The notes under the pieces: generated by a model
Told to the model about the DNA's origin: nothing
Databases searched by the model: none
The model's input: only the letters and a program-made list of their open reading frames with translations
Shown: positions 24,170 through 31,663 of the stretch, in pieces
Layout of the letters: each line of letters begins with the position of its first letter
Position numbering within the stretch: position 1 is the stretch's first letter
Made by a program: the position numbers and the translations under genes
Assembly (NCBI RefSeq): GCF_000008665.1
Contig: NC_000917.1
Span: 1,440,001-1,472,000 of the forward strand
Source of the DNA: Archaeoglobus fulgidus DSM 4304
GTDB taxonomy: Archaea > Halobacteriota > Archaeoglobi > Archaeoglobales > Archaeoglobaceae
Direction of reading: 5' to 3'
Length of the DNA stretch: 32,000 nucleotides

Positions 24170-24200
24170 GGTGGTAGGTTTTGCGGGCTAAATTTAACGT

Positions 24201-24458
24201 TTATCCAAAAATCGGAAAAACACCCAGGCTCTCAACGATATTCCAGTCAGTACTCACCAAGTTCGCAAAATTGGACAATAATACAGCCGCCAGCCCACCC
24301 TTCTTCACCAGCTCCTTGTAGAATCTATTTACAAGAAACCTTACAACCTCTGCGTTGGAGGACAATCCCAGCTCCTTTTTTATTTCGTAAAACTTCGTTT
24401 CCATCTCATCATCCATGACGATTCTGAGGCTTAGGATTTTCTTATCCACCATACTCAA
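24201..24458 (-). CDS. Ribbon-helix-helix (CopG/Arc-like) DNA-binding protein
   Basis: N-terminal ILSLRIVMDDEMETKFYEIKKELGLSSNAEVVRFLVNRF fits a strand-helix-helix pattern. It lies upstream of, and co-directional with, the pdaD fragment. Confidence 0.55.
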   Translation of the reverse strand: MSMVDKKILSLRIVMDDEMETKFYEIKKELGLSSNAEVVRFLVNRFYKELVKKGGLAAVLLSNFANLVSTDWNIVESLGVFPIFG

Positions 24459-24568
24459 CCTTCGATGTCAAATTTAAGAAATTTTCTATCTTTTTGTGAA
24501 CATTTTGTAAATAATCTATCAGTATAATACTTTTTTCGATTTCTTTCTGCTTTTTTAAGCAAAATTAC

Positions 24569-24590
24569 GAAATTTTTTGAAATTTTTTGA
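24569..24590. repeat. Tandem 10-nt direct repeat (GAAATTTTTT x2 + GA) in the RHH / TauE divergent spacer
   Basis: 'gaaattttttgaaattttttga'. A near-identical 21-mer 'aaaattttttaaattttttga' occurs at 30082..30102. Confidence 0.6.
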
Positions 24591-24627
24591 CACAAAAATT
24601 AACAAAACTTAAATTTTTTACCACATC

Positions 24628-25641
24628 TTGACTCATATGGCATCAGAAGCTGTAAATGTATGGTCGAGAACATCATTAATATTAATTATGCTAAGTGCAG
24701 CTATTCTGGTGGTTGCTGTTGGAGCAGTGATGAACAGCGGACTGGTGGAGAGTCTACAAGTGCCGCTGTGGGAAAAGTGGGTCATACTGGTATTCCTTTT
24801 TGCCCTAATCATTGGCATTATCGGACCACTATCAGGCGTCGGTGGTGGTGTGATTTTCGTGGGGCTGGGAATGGCGATACTTCCCTTCAACGTTGACTTT
24901 ATCAGAGGTGCTGGGCTTGTTGCTGCTCTGTCAACCTCCCTGAACTCAGCGCCGTACTTCACCAAAAAAGGTCTGGCAAACCTGAGGATTGTTGCCCCTC
25001 TGGTGTCAGTATCCACAATATTCTCGGTTTTCGGTGGAGTAATCGGACTGTGGATATCCAACTCGTTTCCAGAGGGTTCATACTACGTCAAAATGAGTCT
25101 TGGCGTAGTTCTGCTCGTTTTGCTACTAATTCTCAGCAGGTCAAAGAACGTGGAGTACCCACCACCAAGGGAAAAGAAAGACCGGTTGTCAGAAATGATT
25201 GACCTAACTGGCGGATGGTACGAGCCGACCCTCAATAGAATCGTAACCTACGAAGCTTCCAACCTCCCCCTTGCGATGCTGGCCTTTTCAGGAGTCGGAT
25301 TTCTTGCAGGTATGTTCGGTCTGGGAGCGGGATGGGCGAACGTCCCAATTTTGAACCTCGTGATGGGATTACCTTTAAAGGCTGCCGTTGCATCGAGTAT
25401 GCTGATTCTGGCGATAAACGATTCAGCGTCGCTGTGGGTTTACCTCGCGAATGGTGCAGTTCTGCCAATCGTCGTTGTGCCGGTTGTGCTGGGGATAAGT
25501 ATAGGTTCGAGGATTGGCTCAAGGCTGGCAGCCAAAACAAAGCCCAAAGTAATCAAAAGGCTCGTCATAGCACTGATAGCCCTTTCCGGAGTTGTAAACA
25601 TAATTCAGGGTCTTTCTGGAATTGGATTGCTAAATTTGTGA
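24628..25641 (+). CDS. TauE/SafE (TSUP, DUF81) family anion exporter
   Basis: Polytopic membrane protein with two glycine-rich repeats (GPLSGVGGGVIFVGLGM and GMFGLGAGWANVPILN). ATG 24637 is the likely start, with a TATA-like 'cttaaatttttta' ~22 nt upstream. The ORF-track start is TTG 24628. Confidence 0.75.
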   Translation: MTHMASEAVNVWSRTSLILIMLSAAILVVAVGAVMNSGLVESLQVPLWEKWVILVFLFALIIGIIGPLSGVGGGVIFVGLGMAILPFNVDFIRGAGLVAALSTSLNSAPYFTKKGLANLRIVAPLVSVSTIFSVFGGVIGLWISNSFPEGSYYVKMSLGVVLLVLLLILSRSKNVEYPPPREKKDRLSEMIDLTGGWYEPTLNRIVTYEASNLPLAMLAFSGVGFLAGMFGLGAGWANVPILNLVMGLPLKAAVASSMLILAINDSASLWVYLANGAVLPIVVVPVVLGISIGSRIGSRLAAKTKPKVIKRLVIALIALSGVVNIIQGLSGIGLLNL

Positions 25642-25654
25642 GGAGGTGATTGAT

Positions 25655-26329
25655 ATGCTGAAAAAAGGCTTGGAAAAAACACTAAAATTTTTCCCACGTC
25701 TCGAAGATCTGGCAGAGGTCTTTGACCCGTTGCACAGAGGAGAAGCTTTTGCAAGCTCCCCCAATCCACGTTCGATAGAAAGAAAGTACATTCTGAATGT
25801 CCCAACCCTAAAGGCAAAGTCCAGCGTTGAAAAAATAACAGACGGGCAGAGCTACGAGATATTGGGTCAACCCACAGGCTTTGAAATTTCGGAGGTAAAA
25901 ACGGCAGAGGGAGAGATAAAGATACGAATAGACTTCGTGAATAACATATTTGCGGATGTTATGAAAATAATGTGTAATGTCGGTCTGGTTCTGATGATGG
26001 TCTTTGCTGCATTCTATTTTGCGGGTATAAACCCGGCAGACAACCTCAACCTTGAGGTTCAGAAGTGGTCGGAGCCAGCCGAGAAATTCTGGAGTGATGT
26101 GAAGGGCATTCACTCAACCGGCTACTCGTGGTTCCTTCAGAATCCTTTAGATCCTGAGAATGCTATACTGCTCAGTGTTACTTTGCTGGCACTCACTCCG
26201 GTAATCGGAATTTTGCTGACAATACCGCGTTCAACGGGTGCACTGAGAGTTATATTCCTCGTCATAGCAGTCGAGTTCGTTTACGCAATCTTCAGGGTGA
26301 TGATGGGAGGAGGCCCGATGGGCCACTGA
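25655..26329 (+). CDS. Membrane protein with soluble N-terminal domain and DUF1634-like C-terminal TM region
   Basis: ATG 25655 lies 5-6 nt after the strong SD 'aggaggtga', which overlaps the TauE stop. The C-terminal LLALTPVIGILLTIP...LRVIFLVIAVEFVYAIF resembles DUF1634, a frequent TauE partner (recollection). Confidence 0.6.
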   Translation: MLKKGLEKTLKFFPRLEDLAEVFDPLHRGEAFASSPNPRSIERKYILNVPTLKAKSSVEKITDGQSYEILGQPTGFEISEVKTAEGEIKIRIDFVNNIFADVMKIMCNVGLVLMMVFAAFYFAGINPADNLNLEVQKWSEPAEKFWSDVKGIHSTGYSWFLQNPLDPENAILLSVTLLALTPVIGILLTIPRSTGALRVIFLVIAVEFVYAIFRVMMGGGPMGH

Positions 26330-26342
26330 TATTTTTTGCAGT

Positions 26343-27264
26343 TCAGAGCCCTATCAACCCCATCCTGTACATATCATTGCTGTTGAAAACCCTCTCTCCG
26401 CTCTCTTCCAGCAGCTTTACCGTCTTTATTGCATCATCAACCTGCTCCAGCATCTGCTCCTTCTCGTCAGGCAGCTTTCCGCTCACGCCGAAGAAAATCG
26501 GCCCGCTTCTGGTGAAGAGGTAGTTCGAAACGTGGTCGCTGAGGAGGAGGGTCTCCACCTTTATCTCCTCTACGAGCCTTCTCACCTCCTCAAGCTGCTC
26601 TACTGGCCCCAAAAGAGTTATTTCTTTGCCCACGAGCTTCTCAATTGGCGTGCCCTCTATAACCGTCAGAGTCCGCAGCCTGACGAAGGTTGGTTGGGCT
26701 TTGTTTATTACCCTCGCAGTGTTCACAGCATGCTGCTCACTCCTCTCTCTCCCACCAAGTCCCGGCATAACGTAGTAGGTAAGCTCGAAGTACTTTCTCG
26801 CCTTCTTTCCCGCTGTGATTGCATCCTCAGGCGTAATGCCTTTCTGGACGAGCTCAAGCACCTCTCTATCCCCGCTTCTCAAGCCCCATGTGCAGCCTCG
26901 TCAGTCCAGCTTCTTTGAGTTCCTCCAGCCTGCTTTCCGGCATTTTTGCGATTGTCTTAATTCTGGCGTAAGCCGTGACTCTCTCCACCTCCTTCCTTTT
27001 CTCTCTCAAATAGCGGACTATCTCCGCTATGTCGGGATGGATGAGGGGATTTGAGTCTCCGATGAAGGCCGTTCTGGAGGGCGGGAAGTATTTGGGGATG
27101 CTGTCGATGTCCCTTAAAACGTCCTCCTTCTTCCTGAGCTCGAACTTCATCCCCTTGTACATCGCGCAGAAGGCACACCTGTTCCAGTTGCAACCCCTCA
27201 CCGCCCTTATCAGGTAGCTTCCAGCCTCGCTCGGCGGGCGGAAGGGCGGAAAGTCGTAGGTCAT
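26343..27264 (-). pseudogene. Radical SAM protein with CX4CX2C cluster motif, interrupted by a 1-nt insertion (ORFs 26866..27264 and 26343..26882)
   Basis: N-terminus FRPPSEAGSYLIRAVRGCNWNRCAFCAMYKG. The frames join as ...RLHMGLE / SGDREVLELVQKGIT, the classic GxESG...L block. An extra A near 26877 ('gag a agc ggg') explains the split. Confidence 0.8.
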
Positions 27265-27539
27265 CTTCTCACCGCATACCTCTTGAACTTCATTCCTGCA
27301 AGGCCCTCAAGCCACAACCTCGCCTCCTCTCTAATTTCATCGCTGAGAGTGTTGAACCCCACCCCAACGCTGCCGTGATACTCTTCATTGATAAAGAAAT
27401 CAATCCTGTCCCTCTTAACTACTATTGTTACGGGGTCATCGTAAATGGTTATCTCGCTCTCTCCACACTCTGCCCTGTCCCTCAGCAGCTTTTTGAGGAA
27501 ATCGAAGTTCTCCAGCACTTTTGCGGCGAGCTTTTCCAT
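27261..27539 (-). CDS. Hypothetical 92-aa protein translationally coupled to the radical SAM gene
   Basis: Clean ORF with a 4-nt overlap (27261..27264) with the radical SAM start. No recognisable motif. Confidence 0.55.
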   Translation of the reverse strand: MEKLAAKVLENFDFLKKLLRDRAECGESEITIYDDPVTIVVKRDRIDFFINEEYHGSVGVGFNTLSDEIREEARLWLEGLAGMKFKRYAVRR

Positions 27540-27558
27540 AAATGAAGTTTGGTGAAAA

Positions 27559-27570
27559 CTTTAAAAATTT
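27559..27570. promoter_or_regulatory. Single central AT box shared by divergent leaderless genes (27539 minus, 27587 plus)
   Basis: 'ctttaaaaattt' is centred at ~27565, which is 26 nt from ATG 27539 and 22 nt from ATG 27587. There is no room for two separate promoters. Confidence 0.5.
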
Positions 27571-27586
27571 GATGCCTTCTTTCACC

Positions 27587-28726
27587 ATGGATGTTGTGGT
27601 TGCTGGCGTTGGCATCGCCGGCGCCTTCGCTTTAAGGGCTCTGGACAAATCACTGGATGTTGTAGGAATTGATAAGAGGGAGAAGCTCGGCTATCCGGTT
27701 GAGTGTGGAGAGATTATTCCAACCAAGCGTGAGATGAAGGCCCTCCTTCCTGATCTTGACGATTACAGCCTCTTTGACATTCCGAAAAGGTTTGAGAGCA
27801 ACCTAACCAAGGAGGTTCACTTTGTTCTGCCTAATGGAAAAACCTTCGAGATCGACTTCGAGTTTCATGTTGTAAGGCGTGACGAGATGATTCAAACAAT
27901 TGCCGAAGAAAGCAGTCACAAGCTTCTGCTCAATAAAAGAATTAAGGCCTTCAGGGATGGCAAAATTGTTCTTGAAGAGGGTGAGGTGGGGGCTGAGGTT
28001 TACGTCGCCTCCGACGGGCCAAATTCCAAGATTGCCAGATCTCTGGGAATGCCTAAGCCTGAGCTTTCCCCTGCTAAGCAGTACGTGATGAAGGGGGTTG
28101 AGTGCAACGAGGACGTTGTTTACATGTACATCGGCCGAAAAATCTCCCCCGGCGCTTACGCTTGGATCATTCCAAAGGGAAAGGGAGTTGCCAACGTGGG
28201 AATAGGCTTCAGGCCCGAATACGCAAGCAGGGGCGATACCATTGTGAAAGCCCTCGACCACTTCGTGAGGGAGTATCCCTACTCCTCTCCCTTCCTGAAG
28301 GATGCCGAGGTTGTCAGCTCAATAGGCGCTGTAGTCCCCATAGACCGGCCCTTTGAAAGTGCTGTAAAAGGGAACGTGCTTTTTGCCGGAGATGCGGCGA
28401 GCATGGTGATAAGCCACGTTGGGGGTGGAATTCCGACGGCAATGGTTGCCGGAGATGCTGCGGCGAGAGTAATCAACGGCTTTTTCAACGGTGAGAACGA
28501 CCTTCAGCTTTACGACAGCTTGTGGAAAAAGTACCTCTACAAGCCTTTAATGAACGCTTACACGATTAAGAGAATCTGGGACAGGTTCTCGGACAGCGAC
28601 GATAAAGTCAGCAGGCTTTTGAGCCTTGCGAGCAATGCGGATATGAACAAAATCCTCCGCTGCAGAATTCCGTTGAAGATAAAACTTCTATCCCCCTTTC
28701 TCCCAATAGTCCAGAAGCTAATCTGA
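27587..28726 (+). CDS. Geranylgeranyl reductase-family FAD-dependent oxidoreductase
   Basis: MDVVVAGVGIAGAFALRAL dinucleotide-binding motif and the later FAGDAASMVISHVGGGI block typical of GGR/ChlP homologs. Start moved from ORF-track 27542 to ATG 27587 (alternative ATG 27572) to leave room for the promoter. Confidence 0.8.
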   Translation: MDVVVAGVGIAGAFALRALDKSLDVVGIDKREKLGYPVECGEIIPTKREMKALLPDLDDYSLFDIPKRFESNLTKEVHFVLPNGKTFEIDFEFHVVRRDEMIQTIAEESSHKLLLNKRIKAFRDGKIVLEEGEVGAEVYVASDGPNSKIARSLGMPKPELSPAKQYVMKGVECNEDVVYMYIGRKISPGAYAWIIPKGKGVANVGIGFRPEYASRGDTIVKALDHFVREYPYSSPFLKDAEVVSSIGAVVPIDRPFESAVKGNVLFAGDAASMVISHVGGGIPTAMVAGDAAARVINGFFNGENDLQLYDSLWKKYLYKPLMNAYTIKRIWDRFSDSDDKVSRLLSLASNADMNKILRCRIPLKIKLLSPFLPIVQKLI

Positions 28727-28738
28727 AACTTTATTTAC
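28726..28738 (+). promoter_or_regulatory. TATA-box-like element for rbcL (leaderless)
   Basis: 'aactttatttacc' is centred ~26 nt upstream of ATG 28758. Confidence 0.5.
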
Positions 28739-28757
28739 CTCCTTAGCAACTTGTTGC

Positions 28758-30083
28758 ATGGCGGAGTTTGAGATTTACAGAGAGTATGTTGACAAAAGCT
28801 ACGAGCCGCAGAAGGATGACATCGTTGCAGTTTTCAGGATAACTCCCGCCGAGGGCTTCACTATTGAGGACGCCGCCGGCGCTGTTGCGGCGGAGAGCAG
28901 CACGGGGACTTGGACATCCCTTCATCCATGGTATGATGAGGAAAGGGTTAAGGGGCTTTCAGCAAAGGCTTACGATTTCGTGGATTTGGGTGATGGTAGC
29001 AGCATAGTCAGAATTGCTTACCCATCTGAGCTTTTCGAGCCCCACAACATGCCGGGTTTGCTTGCCTCTATTGCCGGAAACGTTTTCGGCATGAAGAGGG
29101 TGAAGGGGCTGAGGCTTGAGGATTTGCAGCTGCCAAAGTCCTTCCTCAAGGACTTCAAGGGGCCATCGAAGGGAAAGGAGGGTGTAAAGAAAATTTTTGG
29201 TGTTGCAGACAGGCCCATTGTCGGGACTGTGCCAAAGCCGAAGGTTGGCTACTCTGCAGAGGAGGTTGAAAAGCTGGCTTACGAGCTTCTTTCAGGCGGG
29301 ATGGACTACATCAAGGATGACGAGAACCTCACAAGTCCTGCATACTGCAGATTCGAGGAGAGGGCGGAGAGGATAATGAAGGTCATCGAGAAGGTTGAGG
29401 CTGAAACGGGCGAGAAGAAGTCTTGGTTCGCCAACATCACCGCAGATGTGAGGGAGATGGAGAGGAGGCTGAAGCTTGTAGCTGAACTCGGCAATCCGCA
29501 CGTTATGGTTGATGTCGTAATAACCGGCTGGGGGGCGCTTGAGTACATCAGAGACCTTGCGGAGGATTACGATTTGGCCATACACGGCCATAGAGCTATG
29601 CATGCAGCCTTCACCCGCAATGCTAAGCACGGCATATCGATGTTCGTTCTGGCAAAGCTCTACCGCATAATCGGCATCGACCAGCTCCACATAGGGACTG
29701 CAGGAGCGGGAAAGCTTGAGGGGCAGAAGTGGGACACCGTGCAGAACGCGAGAATTTTCAGCGAGGTTGAGTACACTCCAGATGAGGGCGACGCATTCCA
29801 TCTCAGCCAGAACTTCCACCACATAAAGCCGGCGATGCCCGTTTCATCTGGCGGACTGCATCCAGGAAATCTGGAGCCGGTAATCGACGCCCTCGGCAAG
29901 GAGATAGTCATTCAGGTTGGTGGGGGAGTTCTTGGCCACCCGATGGGAGCAAAGGCGGGGGCAAAGGCTGTGAGGCAGGCTCTTGATGCCATCATCTCTG
30001 CAATCCCGCTGGAGGAGCATGCAAAGCAGCATCCGGAGCTACAGGCCGCTCTGGAGAAGTGGGGCAGGGTTACGCCAATCTAA
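28758..30083 (+). CDS. rbcL: Ribulose-1,5-bisphosphate carboxylase/oxygenase large subunit, archaeal form III
   Basis: 441 aa. Contains AAESSTGTWT, the carbamylation/metal site GGMDYIKDDENL, IHGHRAMHAA, SSGGLHPG and VGGGVLGHP, so catalytic residues are retained (a bona fide RuBisCO, not an RLP). No small-subunit gene is adjacent. Confidence 0.95.
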   Translation: MAEFEIYREYVDKSYEPQKDDIVAVFRITPAEGFTIEDAAGAVAAESSTGTWTSLHPWYDEERVKGLSAKAYDFVDLGDGSSIVRIAYPSELFEPHNMPGLLASIAGNVFGMKRVKGLRLEDLQLPKSFLKDFKGPSKGKEGVKKIFGVADRPIVGTVPKPKVGYSAEEVEKLAYELLSGGMDYIKDDENLTSPAYCRFEERAERIMKVIEKVEAETGEKKSWFANITADVREMERRLKLVAELGNPHVMVDVVITGWGALEYIRDLAEDYDLAIHGHRAMHAAFTRNAKHGISMFVLAKLYRIIGIDQLHIGTAGAGKLEGQKWDTVQNARIFSEVEYTPDEGDAFHLSQNFHHIKPAMPVSSGGLHPGNLEPVIDALGKEIVIQVGGGVLGHPMGAKAGAKAVRQALDAIISAIPLEEHAKQHPELQAALEKWGRVTPI

Positions 30084-30098
30084 AATTTTTTAAATTTT

Positions 30099-31085
30099 TT
30101 GAGTACTTTTACCGTGAACTGGAAAAAATTCCTTGAAGAGTTACCGGCAGGGGTAGCAATTCTGGATGAGAATTTCAACGTTTTACTGCTTAACAGCAGA
30201 ATAGCTGAAAAGACCGGCCTGACAGCTGAAACCGTGAAAAATCCTCTGCAAACCGTGCATCCCGAAGACCTACCGAAGGCTATGGAAGCGTTTGGAAAAA
30301 TCAGAGCGGGAAAAGAAGATGAGGTTGAATACCCCCTCCTCCTAAGGGTTGTAAGAAAGGGCGGTTACCAGTGGAACGAGATAAGGTGGAAGGTTGTTGA
30401 GGATGGGGGGAAGAGGTACTATTTGTTTGTATTCACCGATGTTACCCAAAGGATTGAAATGCAGAAAAGGATCGAAGACCTTCTCGAGTACGTCAGGCTG
30501 CTCAACAGCATTTTGAGGCACGACATTCTGAACATTTTAACCACGATAAGCTCCTACGCTGAACTGCTGGAGGATGGGTTCAACAGGAAGTTTCTGGACA
30601 AGATAAAGGAGGCGGTATCCAAAGGAGTTGAGCTTATAAAGAAAATCCGTGAGCTTGAAACCTCAACAAGTGAGAGTCTGAGGCCCTTTAATCTGAGGGA
30701 TGTCATCGAAGAGGCTGCGAAGGGATACGATGTTGAGGTTATTGTTGAGGGCAACGCTTCGGTTCTCGCAAACGACGGAATTTACAGCGTATTTGAGAAC
30801 CTAATAGGAAACTCCGTGAAGCACGGAGGGGCAGGCAGAATAGAGGTTAAGATTGAAGCGTCAGACCGGGTTTACGTGGCATACAGGGATGATGGGACAG
30901 GAATTCCGATAAATGTTGTGGACAGAGTGTTTGAGAAAGGGTTTTCCACGGCAGGAAGCACGGGAATGGGGCTTTTTATCGTAAAGAAGCTTGTGGAGAG
31001 CTTTGGAGGTGAAATCAGGCTTGAGAATTCGAACAGGGGGGCGAGGTTCGTCCTGACCTTCCCCTTACTCGAAAATCGAACCTAA
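30099..31085 (+). CDS. Cytoplasmic PAS-domain sensor histidine kinase
   Basis: PAS (AGVAILDENFNVLLLNSRIAEKTGL...FTDVTQR), H-box LRHDILNILTTISSYAELL, N-box ENLIGNSVKHG, G-boxes DDGTGIP and GMGLFIVKKL. Start is TTG 30099 or GTG 30114. Confidence 0.88.
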   Translation: MSTFTVNWKKFLEELPAGVAILDENFNVLLLNSRIAEKTGLTAETVKNPLQTVHPEDLPKAMEAFGKIRAGKEDEVEYPLLLRVVRKGGYQWNEIRWKVVEDGGKRYYLFVFTDVTQRIEMQKRIEDLLEYVRLLNSILRHDILNILTTISSYAELLEDGFNRKFLDKIKEAVSKGVELIKKIRELETSTSESLRPFNLRDVIEEAAKGYDVEVIVEGNASVLANDGIYSVFENLIGNSVKHGGAGRIEVKIEASDRVYVAYRDDGTGIPINVVDRVFEKGFSTAGSTGMGLFIVKKLVESFGGEIRLENSNRGARFVLTFPLLENRT

Positions 31086-31116
31086 ATTTTTTATTCTTTT
31101 AAACATTGTGTTGTTC

Positions 31117-31629
31117 ATGGTTGTGAAAAAGCAGATGACGAGGAAGTTTTTGGAGGATGCCTTTGCTGGAGAAAGCCAGGCACACATGCGCTACATGATT
31201 TTCGCAGATGTGGCGGAGAATGAAGGATATCCGAAAATTGCAAAGCTTTTCAGGGCTATTGCCTTTGCAGAGCTCGTTCACGCGAGGAATCACTACAGAG
31301 CTCTGGGCAATGTCGGCAGCACGGTCGACAATCTTCAGAAGGCGATTGAGGGTGAGAGCTACGAGGTTGAGGAGATGTATCCCGTTTTCAACAACGCCGC
31401 AAAGTTCCAGGGGGAGAGCGAAGCTGAAAAGTCCACCTATTACGCCCTGTCGGCAGAGAAAATCCACGAGGAGCTTTACAGGAAGGCTAAAGAGCTTGCG
31501 AGTCAGGAAAAAGACATGGAGCTTGAAAAGGTCTTCATCTGCCCCGTCTGCGGTTTCACGGCGGTTGATGAGGCGCCTGAATTCTGCCCAGTTTGCGGCA
31601 CAAAGAGGGAAATGTTTGTTGAATTTTAG
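31117..31629 (+). CDS. rbr: Rubrerythrin (diiron ferritin-like domain plus C-terminal rubredoxin-like CxxC...CxxC)
   Basis: AFAGESQAHMRY, ELVHARNH, EGESYEVEEMY, AEKIHEELY and CPVCG...CPVCG. ATG 31117 lies ~20 nt after the TATA-like 'ttttattcttttaaac'. The ORF-track start is GTG 31108. Confidence 0.9.
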   Translation: MVVKKQMTRKFLEDAFAGESQAHMRYMIFADVAENEGYPKIAKLFRAIAFAELVHARNHYRALGNVGSTVDNLQKAIEGESYEVEEMYPVFNNAAKFQGESEAEKSTYYALSAEKIHEELYRKAKELASQEKDMELEKVFICPVCGFTAVDEAPEFCPVCGTKREMFVEF

Positions 31630-31630
31630 T

Positions 31631-31640
31631 TTTATTTTTT
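31631..31640 (+). terminator. Oligo-T tract after rubrerythrin
   Basis: 'tttatttttt' follows the stop codon immediately. Confidence 0.35.
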
Positions 31641-31663
31641 GGCTTTATCGTTACCACTCCTTT

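Noticed and set aside
29292-29822. 176-aa minus-strand ORF inside rbcL
   Set aside because: Antisense shadow of the highly conserved RuBisCO gene.
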